Assembly (NCBI GenBank): GCA_001643675.2
Contig: LSRY02000017.1
Coordinates: 248,001-312,000, forward strand
Direction of reading: 5' to 3'
Length of the DNA stretch: 64,000 nucleotides
Origin: Monocercomonoides exilis PA203
Taxonomy: Eukaryota; Protista; Preaxostyla
The notes below the pieces were generated by a model. That model was given only the letters and a program-made list of their open reading frames with translations. It was not told the DNA's origin and ran no database searches. Shown piece after piece: positions 1-11,285 of this stretch. The translations under genes were made by a program, and so were the position numbers. Each line of letters opens with the position of its first letter. The first letter of the stretch is position 1.

Positions 1-889
1 AGTTGGATTAAGAGAAGATCCTCCTGCAAAATCATCAGGATGCTCTTGCTAAGAAGTTATGTTTGCACACAACCACCTCAATCACATCCTCTATATTCAA
101 TCCTAAATTAAAGTTAATAACTCTTTCTTTAATTCTGAAATGCTGATTTGGCTAATTCTTGTTATTAATCTTTTATAAAATGCCTGCAATCAATCCAATA
201 TTTTGTTTGAAGATCTTTTGAGGGAATTTCTCCTTCTCCAATTTAATATCCTCTGACTTGGATTCAGTTTCGTTGAAACGTTTTCAAGGACAGGCATCTT
301 GAGACATTTATTTCCTGTCAATTTTTGTGCTTTTAATTATCAAAAGCGCATTTATCAATTTTTTCACTTCTGAAATCACAATATTTACAAAGAGAATGCA
401 AAATTTTAGTCAAAGTACTTGGAAAAATTAAAAAAGATTCTTAAAATGTTTAATATAAAATTATATTCACTCTATTCAACTCCATTTTTTATTAATTCAT
501 TCATATTGACTTTTCAATTTTGTTCATTGATTGATTTGTCGAAAAACATTTATGGAAATGAGAATTTTTGGTCCAGCCTTTTTTATGAAAAGAATGCTAA
601 TTGACCAACAAGTTAAGAACTGCAAATAATTATTGTTTCGCAAAGCGTTTACACGTAGCACAACATACTTTCGAAAGAGATTGAAAACAGTGTTGCATGT
701 CAATCCAAAACAAAACGAATAATAATTTGTGAAATATCATAACAAGTCGGTTACTATAGGTTGACAACCTGGGAGGTCGTGGAAAACCTTGTTGTTAAGA
801 ACAATCTGTAACGTCAAGTTCTTTCTTCATTCTGGAACAATAATTTTTTTATTTTTCCATTCGAATTATGTTCTTCAAATTTTAGAGTT

Positions 890-1167
890 TATATGGGGGA
901 AATTTCGGACTTTCAAGCTTTTTTTTGCACAAGGCATTGAAAAATTGCTTCATTCATAACTATGTTCCGCTTTCTCAGACTTCAATAAAAATTTGAGTTT
1001 CATATCCGTAAACAGGTGTCATTGAAATCAAAACATAAAGTGTTGTGACATTTCACGAATGTCAAAAAATGGACCAATTATTTGTGTTTTTTGACCTCAA
1101 AAAGTCAATGAAAAGTGCAAAATTTTTTCAATGAAAATGCCTGGAAAAAAATATTTTGCCACATATG
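890..1167 (+). repeat. Dispersed repeat A; diverged inverted copy at ~62173-62453
   Basis: Collinear shared blocks GGGGAAA..CGGACTTTCAAG..TTTTTTGCACAA and AAAGTCAATGAAAAGTGCA..TTTTTCAATGAAAATGCCTG appear reverse-complemented at 62.2-62.45 kb. Confidence 0.8.
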
Positions 1168-1587
1168 AAAATGAAAACGAACAGATGTTACATATTATTT
1201 ATTGATAGCTATTGATAAAAATTGCTTGATAAGTTTTGATTGATAGAAGAACAAATTTTTTCAAAAAAAAATCAGATTGGATATTTAAAATGAAAAAACA
1301 ATTTTTATTTCTGTGTTTTTCTCATATACTCTGAATTTGAATTATCGTCTGTAATTCTGCTTTTGAGCAAACTTCGCTTGGTTCTGAGATCATTTGTTTC
1401 AGTTTCTTTGTATTTAACACACAAATTATTTCATTTCCGTGCATTAAAATCATCATCTGTCAAAATTTGAAAGAAAAGTTCATTTTGTTTTATTTTCAAA
1501 TTAAATAAAAATTTCATATTTCGATTAAGCCTGGGTGACGTGAAGAAAAAAATTGTCACGTCCGTCACCAATTTTCCACTTTTCAAG

Positions 1588-1588
<1 letters not shown>

Positions 1589-1627
<39 letters not shown>
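1589..1627 (+). repeat. Poly(A) run, ~39 nt
   Basis: Direct observation. Confidence 0.95.
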
Positions 1628-1628
<1 letters not shown>

Positions 1629-1889
1629 ATATTTCATTTAGGAAAGAACTATTGAAATTAGAAGTTTATAAATAAATGATTTCAAATTACGTCTTTTTGT
1701 TATTTAAAGTGATTGATCGAAATATCCCATAACAATATGATTCACAAAACAAATCTAATCATACTTTGATATATTTCAGTTAAAGAACATAGATTCTCAA
1801 TGGAATTGTATGAGCATTGCTACGTTCATGAATGTAGTGAGATTTAATTGCTTCAATACTTTTCCTTCAACTTTTTATTTATTCAATTA

Positions 1890-3321
1890 GATAAACGAAA
1901 GTTGCGTTGTTTTCAAAAAATAATAGTTTGTTTAAAGCTCAGAAATTTAACGCCATCAAATAATGCAGCAGTGTGTGGCTGTTGATATTTTTGAATTCTT
2001 GTTCATTTCATTTTATTTTTTTATTTAAATTAAAGTTATGTTTTTTGAACTGGAAGATTGCGATGAGGAAGATGATAAACAGAAAATCAATAAATGAACA
2101 AAGAAGAATCTAGTTCTTTTTTCATAAAAAGATATTCTCTTCGACTGAACGAAATGCTTGAAAATAAAATTATCTTTGGAAAATACCATCACATTATAGA
2201 AGCACAAGGGATATTGCAAAGCGATGGTAAATTTCTTGGGCGCAAACCTTCTCGATATTTCTTTACAAAAAAGATTTGAAAAGAAGATTAATGAAAAAGA
2301 AAAAAAAGAACATTCGGATGAAAAGTTAGTTGTTGTGTGCCAATGCTATCATTTGTAAATCAGCTCTTGACTGTAAATTTTTATTAGATTTGCTCACCTT
2401 TTCTTTTGAAAATTGTCTTGAACAAGAAGGAAAATAAAGATGCGCGAAAAGAAGAGGAAATATCATTGTTTGCTTTGAGTTGCATTGCAGTACATCACGG
2501 AAGAAAAATTCTGTTACACTTTTGACGCAATTAAATTATCTTTTTCGGATTTCTTGATTAGAAAGTTCCAGAAGAACTGTTCTTTAAAAAGATCAAAGAG
2601 TCCATTAAATATCATCAGGAACATAATTCCCTAACTTGTCTTGGCTATCAGTCTGTTTTTAAGTTTTTGATTTATCGATTGCTCAATGACGAAAGCTAGG
2701 AAGAAATAATTGTGAATGAACTGCATTTTACGAGAGAAGCAAGAAGTGGACTGGAATATCTAATGAAATGTGTTGATTGGAAGAGAAAGAAAGAAGAGGA
2801 AAAAGGAGGAAAGGAAACGAAAGAAGTGCATATTATCAGGAGATGGCTAAACGAGGTTAATGATTTCTTCGATTCAAGAACATTGCAGAATATCAAACTT
2901 GGTCTTATTGAAAGCATTGTTCAGGTATTTCGAGCCACAGCGGAGAACAATATAGTAATTAGCTTCATTTACATTCGTTTATTATGTGAAGCGATGGGAA
3001 CTTTTTATGTGAAAGTTGTGTTTTTCTGAAAAGTTGTGCAATTGATGCTGTTTTGGAGGAGATACAACCAACGTTGAATAAAGATATGATATTTAAAGGA
3101 TTGGAATTTTTTGGGATTGTTTCAAGTGGATTGGAAGAAAAGGAGAAAGAAAAAAAGGAAGAAGAGGAAAGAAAGTCAACGAAAAAGAAAGTTTTTAAAA
3201 AGATGGAGGAAAAAGGAAACGAAGACATGATCACAAGCTTTCATTAAATATTTGATTTTCTTGACAGAAAATATATAAGAGAATTATCATTAGATACTTC
3301 TGAATATTTTGTGAATGTTTG
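1890..3321 (+). pseudogene. Disrupted copy of a lineage-specific multicopy helical-repeat protein family (cargo of the TIR element)
   Basis: Collinear fragments in shifting frames with stops: MNKEESSSFF.., LLKIVLNKKENKDARKEEEISLFALSCI, NELHFTREARSGLEYLMKCVDWKRKKEEEKGGKETKEV..RRWL, LEEKEKE..RKSTKKKVFKKMEEKG..DMITSFH. From memory these resemble a highly expanded Monocercomonoides hypothetical family. The 5' boundary is approximate. Confidence 0.6.
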
Positions 3322-5040
3322 AGAAAATGAGAAGATTTGAATTTCATTAAGCAAAAATTATATTTTTCAATTTTCATCAAGTCACAATTCAATAAACAGA
3401 AAATTTGTATTGGAAAAAAATCTCATCTCTTTTATAATTTCGAAATGAAGCGAAGCTAAAAAGGGGGGAAAGAAGAACAAAATCAACTTTCGGAGAGCAA
3501 ACAATTAATTATCTAGAACAATACAACATGTGATATCAATTGAATGAATCAAACATTGGAGTGGGGAAGAAAAACAGCTGTTTTGAAAAGGCCCAATCTT
3601 ATCTTCGTTGTCCACAAGTTTGATTGAATCTTTTACAGCCTTAGCCTTTGCAGTCACATCTGTTAAAGCAGCACCAAAAGCATTGTTGTCTTTCTTTAAG
3701 AACGCAAAATAAAATATCTTAACAACAAACAATTCAAGAACATCTCGATTTGCTTATTCAATCGCACAGATATTTCACAAACTTTTATTCATGAAAATAA
3801 ATAAGATTATAAATTCATCAAAAGTTTCATCTTTTCTATCTGTGCTTTTAATTTCATTGTTTCTTCCAAGCAGCCTTTGGACTTCATGTCGGATTCAGGA
3901 AAAACGAAAATGTGCAAAAAAATGTGAATGAGAGAATGAAAATGACGAGGATTGGAAGTTGTTAATGGATGTCATTTTTTTAATGAAGAATTGACTAAGA
4001 TTTTAGGGGAAGTGAAACACTGGCAATGCGAATGTGCTGTGCTGGAACAGAAAGAGTGGAGAAAGGCGAATTCAATTGATCAATTTTGCTGAGTTGCAGC
4101 TTTTCTTCTGTTAATTCTTCTTCGAATGAGCACGTACGTTTCAAATAATCGAGTGCTCTTGAACATACAAAAAAATCATCTTTGTTGTTTCGCACGCAAT
4201 AGAACGCATTCATATGATTTAGTGGCTATCAATATCGTCAAACTTTCTGAAAGGGAGAAACGTTCCACGTCTTGAACAAGTTTTTCATGAGCTATCAAAT
4301 AATTCCGTTTTAACTTTTTTTCTTGGCATGCTTTCATAGTGCAATCACTGTAGCTTTTTCTGTACTGGTTCGTCTGCATTGAGATGATAAGAAATCCACT
4401 TAATTCATGACAAACAATTTATTTTAAATGCTTATTATAAATATTTGTTAAAATTTCAAGAAGATCGTATGTTCACAAAAACGAAATGTTTTCATTTTAA
4501 AAAACAACAGCTTTATCCAAAAAAAATAAACCTTTTTCATTATCTTACTCACAAAGTTCGCGCAATAAAACGAAAATGAATTAGGATTCTTTATTTTTTT
4601 TTATTCGAAACGTATTATTTCCAAAAAAAAAGAATGATGATTGTTTAAAAAATGAAATGTGATAGAAGAAGTTCAAAATGAAAAATAACATCTCGCAATT
4701 TAAAAAAAAGTCACATTTTGCTATTCATTTTCATTTTCTTATTTTTTTTGAATCACTGACAGGAAGTGACGTTGTGACGTCAGTGACTTCAGTGACGAAT
4801 CAAAATTCCGATTACCGCTTTCACGTCAGTGAAATATACATTATGGAAATTTTGATTTGATAGAATTTGAAAATTGTTTTTCACAAAAATAGAAATAAAC
4901 ATTTTTTTCAATAATATTTTGAGTTTTAATAATATATATATTTAAATTTTGATTTTTCTTTATTGTGACGTGGATAAATTTGTCACGTCCGTCAAAAATA
5001 GAAAATGTCACGTCAGAAGTCAGTACGTCACCCAGGGTTA

Positions 5041-5207
5041 ATTTCGATCAAATTTCGGTTCTCATACACGAAATTTCAAAAAAATTGAAACAAAAATTTG
5101 ACAATGTTATTATTTCCAGTCTAGTGAAATTTCGTGTATGAGAACCGAAATTTGATCGAAATATGAAATTTTTATTTAATTTGAAAATTAAACAAAATGA
5201 ACTTTTC
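5041..5207. repeat. Palindromic hairpin (MITE-like). Its left arm continues at ~1473-1525, split by the TIR element
   Basis: 5041-5078 is the near-perfect reverse complement of ~5125-5162, and 1473-1525 is the reverse complement of ~5155-5207. Confidence 0.85.
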
Positions 5208-5214
5208 AAAAAAT

Positions 5215-6753
5215 TATTGTCATCTTTTAATTTTCTTCTTCGTCAAATAATCTTCTGCTTCACACAAAGTGGTTCTTAAATCGTTTTCTGTTTTTCTTTT
5301 TCAATTTCTTTGTAAACAGAACAATAATTTTTTATTTCTTAAATCCTCATTTCAGTCTTATGCTATTCATCGTATTTCTCCTTCATTTGGAACTTTTCTA
5401 TTGGAGAAAAATCTCCGAATTAGCTGTGTTTCATGATTTGAGTGGACAAATTTGATGATGTTGGTTTTTCCGAAGATATTGGAGCACCAGGTCCTCGATG
5501 CAACTTCAGTGCAGCAGCCACAAGATATTCACCGATGTTTAGAAAAGCTGTTTTCACAACTGAAGGAGATGTTACTGCTGATAAATCTTCTTGTAAACAT
5601 CTGCCTAAGCTTTTCTTTATGAAGAAGTTGAGAAATTAACAGGTCACACGAAAGAGTTTTGAAGCCCTTGTTTCAATCTAGCAAATACACAATTGTCACA
5701 GGGCTGGAGGAGGTGTGTCATATTTGGTGGAAAATATTCGATGATCACATTGTTCTGTTCTGCAAACTTTTTGACTTTTGAATTATGGTGCGTTCGATGG
5801 TTGTCCAAAACAATGAGTGCTTTCTTTGATGTTGATGATTTTCGTTTTTCTGTTATCATAGGAATCCACTCTTTTATCATTATTTGTAGAAATATTACCG
5901 TTGAAATCCATCCCGATGTGGATTTTAAATAATTCACGTTGAACGAAGAAAGAAATGAAAATTCTGAATGTTTCTTTTTCGTGGATTTATTTAAAAGAAT
6001 CGTCGATGTGACAAATCTGCACAATTATAAACATAAATTGTTGCATTTTCAGTTTGTGGTTTAGATGATGAAGCAGGAGGTGATTGATTCTAGAAATAAA
6101 TAACAAGTTTTGTGGTAACATCACAAATCAGATGGAAGTTTCGTCGAAATAATAGATATCTATTTAATCAATATTATATGTTGTGATAATAGGAGACAAC
6201 TTTTCGAACCACGCACGTATTGTTTCCGGGGATTGAGCACAAATATTTGATATTTCCATTGGTCTTGATATCGAAGATTTCCAAATGGAGATTTTTTTAA
6301 TTAGATCATATGAATATTTTTAATTGACTTTCTTTTTTTCTTCTTCTTTCTCCACATCAAAATCGATAACTTCTTGAATCTAAATAATCAAAAGAATTAA
6401 AAAAAATCAAATTTAAAAGTTAATAAACCATCGATTGAATATCCTTGAGTCGAACAATTTTTTGTTCAGATAATAAAGAGATTGTTTGATTCTCGACCTT
6501 TTCAGGTTAACTTTTGGTTATCATCGTTGGACATCCAGCTTTTCCGATTTGAAGCTTTGCTTTGATTGCGACTATCCATCTTGCCCATGCTCCGTTAGAA
6601 ATTGCATGCGACACCACAGTGATTTTCCACGATAAATAATATTTCTTCTTTATTTCGAACACTTTCAACGAAGGCTATGAAAATGAACGACATTCGAAAG
6701 TGGCTAATTGTCGATGAAGAGAAATCAATGTTAATTTTTTGGATGATTCCATC
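5215..6753 (-). pseudogene. Decayed pogo/Tigger (DDE_1, CENP-B-like) transposase
   Basis: Motifs YYFDETS (~6135-6158), SGWISTVIF, LIVLDNHRTH and FPPNMTHLLQPCDNCVFARLK match the DDE_1 consensus. There are multiple stops and frameshifts. Boundaries are approximate. Confidence 0.88.
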
Positions 6754-7736
6754 ATTATTTTTTGATCAAAAATTGAATTGATCGTATTGCGAAAAATTTT
6801 TATAATAGAAAGCGAAAGTTTTAATATTTTTTTTAAACAAAACCATCTTCCAAATAAATTTCAGGTTTTTATTAAATAATATTGCTATTCTTTTTCGTGG
6901 TTTTTTATTTTGTTTCAGACGAACTCACAACTTAAAGCAAACATCTGTATCTAAAAATATTGAAACAGAATTTTTGACGTATCAGGAACAAAGCATTCAT
7001 GAAGATAAAATTATGGTTTCAAGTCGAATAAGTGGGTTTTTTCTTTTTGAAAAAGGTTTTGAAATACACAAACTTCCGGGTTTTCCACAAACTCCCGCTT
7101 TTTCTTCCAAGGGTGATTAAAAAAATTCTAAAATAAATCAAAGTTTATTCAACAAAATAAATAATTTTGATTTAGATAAAGATTTATCTTTCCCTTGAAG
7201 TTCAAATTCTATAAATGATATAATATTAATTAAGCATTTTATTTTTATTTTTTTATTTTCATTTTTTGATTTTATTTGTTTGTTTTATTTATTTATTTTA
7301 TTTATGTATTTTAATTTTTTTCCTTTCACAAAAAATTTACAATTTTTTTTTGTTTTTCAAGCACTTTCAGTTTCATGAAAAAACAACCAATGTTTTATAA
7401 CAAATATCAATACGCGTTTTATAACTCAAAGCATCGCATGCAAGGGTAATAAACAAAGAAGTGTCAATTTTAATATGTTTTGGATATATCTGTCAAATGT
7501 TCAGAAATCAAAATTTAATGTATTATATTTTTGTCACCACAAGTTTTCATTCTCCAAATCATATAAATTTATTTTATAAAAAGTTTTAGACTTTTTTGAA
7601 TAATCATAACTTACATTAGTTATTATTAATAAATGTTTGCATAATACATTTTTTAAAAGGTACGTAAAAAGAAATAAATAACTACTTTTTTCACCACAAA
7701 AATAAAATTAAAATTCTAATAACAGAAGCGCAATTA

Positions 7737-9177
7737 TTACACGCAACCCTGCTCAATCATTGCAGTTGCAACTTTGAGGAATCCAGCAGCATTTGCTCCA
7801 AAGACATAGTCATTTGGTTTGTGGAATTGGGTCATAGCCTCAACGCACTGCTTGTGAATATCCTTCATGATACGCTGAAGGTGTTGGTCAACTTCTTCTG
7901 CCTTCCAGCGCAATCTGATTGAGTTCTGAGTCATTTCAAGTCCAGATACAGCAACACCACCAGCATTGCAGGCAATACCTGGTGCATAGATCATGTCATG
8001 AGACTGACAGTATTCGAGAGCATCATGTGTGCAGCCCATATTGGACAACTCAACAACAAACTTGCAGCCATTTGCATGAAGCATAGCAGCATCATTAGCA
8101 TCGAGTTCATTTTGTGTTGCGCATGGAAGTGCAATATCGCATTTCCTTTCCCATGGTTTCTTTCCTGGGAAGAATTGTGACTTGGGGAATTGCTCAGCAT
8201 ATGGAGCAACAATATCCTGGCATGTTGCACGAAGGCGAAGAAGATATGCAATTTTCTCTGGTGTGTTGATTCCTTCTTCATCATAAACATATCCATCTGG
8301 TCCAGAGATGGTGATAACTTTGGCTTTCAATTGAGCGGCTTTCAAGCAAGCACCCCATGCAACATTTCCGAATCCTGAAACGCAGATAGTCTTTCCTGCA
8401 ATTTCTTGCTTTTGATAAGCAACCATTTCAGAGGCAAAGTACAATCCTCCAAATCCAGTAGCTTCTGGACGAATAAGAGATCCTCCCCATGTCTGTCCTT
8501 TTCCTGTCAAAACACCTTCAACAGCATGGGTAAGTCGCTTGTATTGTCCATACATATATCCAATTTCTCTTGCACCAACACCGATATCACCAGCTGGGAT
8601 ATCAATATTTGGACCAATGTATCTGAACAATTCAGTCATGAACGATTGGCAGAAACGCATAACTTCAGCATCTGATTTTCCCTTTGGATCAAAATCAGAA
8701 CCTCCTTTCCCACCTCCCATGGGAAGGGTTGTAAGAGAATTCTTAAAGATTTGGTCGAATCCCAAGAATTTGATGATTGAAAGATTGACTGATGGATGGA
8801 AACGCAGTCCTCCCTTGTATGGACCAATGGCTGAGTTGTATTGAACACGGAAACCACGGTTAATTTGAATCTTTCCATGGTCATCCAACCATGCAACACG
8901 GAAAGTAAAAATACGTTCTGGTTCAATCAAACGAGCCATCACTTCTTCGAGTTCAGGGCGCTGTTCCCAAAGGGGAATCAGTCCTTCAACAACTGTCTTA
9001 ACAGCTTGGAGGAACTAATTGAATATTCATTCGAACAAAATTTAAATGAGAGCGAATAAATGAAAACATGTCAAATATGAAAATACGTCAATTTTCAACA
9101 AAAACAAAACAAACTTCCTTCTGGTCTGGGTCACGTTTAGCAGCGGTTTGCAAAAGACGAGCAGCAATTTCTGCCAT
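7737..9177 (-). CDS. gdhA: NADP-specific glutamate dehydrogenase (GdhA type), 2 exons (9177-9115, 9014-7737), ~446 aa
   Basis: GPYKGGLRFHPSVN, LPMGGGKGGSDFDPKG, DIPAGDIGVG, RPEATGFG, GFGNVAWG, PCATQNE, NAGGVAVSGLEM. A GT-AG intron at 9114-9015 restores the N-terminal DPDQKEFLQAV. Confidence 0.97.
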
Positions 9178-9371
9178 GTTGTTATTTTGAAGACTTTTTC
9201 ACAAAGCAAATGTGAACAACAAATGCAATCCATACTTTTTAATTTCAATGATCAACAAAAATATTTGTTAATATTCTGTCAAGCATCTGTATTATTAATT
9301 AATGTTTTGATTGCATTTGGCTTATGGAAGAAAAACGAAAAATTTGTGATCATAAGCCATATTTCGATTCA

Positions 9372-11104
9372 ATGAAAAAAGAAGAAGAAGAAGAGAAATA
9401 CATAAAACCAGACGACGCAACCACATCAACTGACACATCAACGTGGCCTCTTCTTCTTAAACATTATGACCGCCTTATGGTGAGATCATCTCATTATACT
9501 CCGTTGCCTAATGGCTCTTCCCCATTGAACCGTCCTCTGAAAGAATATATGAGGTTTGACAAATTTCTTGACCGAACTTAACTTTTTTTGCATAAATTTA
9601 TTTTTTATTATTTTTGTTGCGTCTGATTTCAAAGATATGGTGTTATAAATCTTGATAAACCAGCAAATCCAAGTTCTCATGAAGTTGTTGCTTGGGTAAA
9701 GAAGATTCTGGAAGTTGAAAAGACTGGACACAGCGGAACTCTCGATCCAAAGGTCACTGGTTGTTTGATTATTTGCATTGATCGCGCAACTCGTCTTGTG
9801 AAATCCCAACAATCAGCTGGTTTGTATTTAAAGTTACTGAATGATTTATGGATAAATGCATCTGAATTTGATTTTTATGAAACACTTGACATTTTAACAA
9901 TATAGGTAAGGAATATGTTGGTGTTGTCAGATTCCATTCTGCCATCGAAAGTGGTCAAAAATTTTCACAAGCTCTTGAAACACTTACAGGAGCACTTTTC
10001 CAAAGGCCCCCAGTCATTGCCGCTGTAAAGCGTCAGCTGCGTGTACGAACCATCTATCAGAGCAGAATGATCGAATATGATCAAGAGAGACAACTTGGAG
10101 TGTTTTGGGTTAGCTGTGAAGCTGGAACTTATATAAGAACGCTCGCCATCCACTTGGGTCTTCTTCTTGGTGTTGGAGGTCACCTACAAGAACTTAGACG
10201 TGTGAGATCGGGAGCACAAGACGAACACGTATGCTCAATTGCAAATATATTACTGTTCTTTATTATTCGAACTTTTATTATTCCTCTTTTCTTTTCAAAG
10301 GATAACATGGTTACAATGCATGATGTTCTGGATGCTCAATATGTGTATAAAAATGAACGAGATGAATCATATCTTCGTCGAGTGATTCGCCCGCTGGAAG
10401 TTCTCCTGTTGAATTTCAAACGTATTGTTGTGAAGGATAGTGCTGTAAATGCAATCTGCTATGGAGCCAAGCTGATGATTCCTGGTCTTCTCCGCTTTGA
10501 TCAAGGCATAGAACTTGGAGAAGAAGTTGTTTTGATCACAACAAAAGGAGAATGCATTGCATTAGCAATTGCGCAGATGACTGCAGCATCGATGCTGACA
10601 TGTGAGCATGGAGTGGTTGCCAAGATAAAACGTGTGGTGATGGAGCGTGACACATATCCAAGGAAATGGGGTCTTGGTCCAAAGGCTCAAGAAAAGAAGA
10701 AGATGATCAAAGAAGGGCAGCTGGACAAACACGGGCGCGTGACAGAAGCTACCCCAGCAGAGTGGAAGAAGGAGTTTGTTGATCTATCAGGCAATCTTGG
10801 AGTAACTGCACCACAAGTGTCTGTTCCTGCATCAGCGGCAAAATATCCAGAAACAGCGTCAAATGCATCACAAAAGAATGCAGATGCTGAACAACCAGCT
10901 CAAGAAGCAGCTAAAGAAGAAAAGAAGGAAAAGAAAGACAAAGATAAGAAAGAGAAAAAGTCAAAGCATCACAAAGATGAAGGAAACGAGAAAGACGAGG
11001 AGAAATCAAAGAAGAAAGACGATTCCAGCTCAAAATCAAAAGATGAGGAAGAAAAGAAAGAAAAGAAACACAAAAAGCATTCAAAGAAAGAATCTGACGA
11101 ATAA
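9372..11104 (+). CDS. CBF5: H/ACA RNP pseudouridine synthase Cbf5/dyskerin (4 exons; alternative start at 9324)
   Basis: [48 protein letters not shown] domain, [12 protein letters not shown], Lys-rich tail. Confidence 0.97.
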
Positions 11105-11285
11105 AGCGCTTATTCCTTTTTTTACAGATTTTTAATGCCATTTCACATTTTTATCTTTTATTTTGTTACTTGGTGGTTAAAAGTATTTATGGTTTATTAT
11201 TGGATTTTGGAATACATAAAAAGCAATAACAATTACAAAAACAAAAAATTAAAATGAAAGCAGCAATGAAACAATAGTCTCTTCT

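Larger units (their letters stand above)
1526..5040. mobile_element. Non-autonomous class II TIR element (hAT-like by 8-bp TSD), 3515 bp, carrying gene fragments
   Basis: Left TIR TAAGCCTGGGTGACGT (1526-1541) matches the reverse complement of the right end, TAACCCTGGGTGACGT (5025-5040), at 15/16. An exact 8-bp direct repeat ATTTCGAT lies at 1518-1525 and 5041-5048. GTGACG/CGTCAC subterminal motifs cluster at 1535-1568, 4756-4830 and 4965-5030. Confidence 0.88.

Noticed and set aside
1-850. Coding-like minus-strand fragments at the window start
   Set aside because: Interrupted by stops with no recognisable motif, so they cannot be assigned
4756-5030. GTGACG repeats as a CRISPR-like array or CRE-type promoter cluster
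   Set aside because: They are irregular, short and confined to the element ends, which fits transposase-binding subterminal motifs better
1525-5041. piggyBac interpretation (TTAA at both ends, CCCT-like terminus)
   Set aside because: The intact hairpin arm shows that the empty site reads ATTTCGATCAAA with no TTAA. The duplicated sequence is the 8-mer ATTTCGAT, so TAA belongs to the TIR.
10229-10300. Hydrophobic 'insertions' in ORF-track proteins (CBF5 10229-10300, MCM2 19249-19365, nucleotidase 35903-36022, RSPH4 55396-55482)
   Set aside because: These are stop-free GT-AG introns with lengths divisible by 3. Four among dozens of introns is not clearly above chance.
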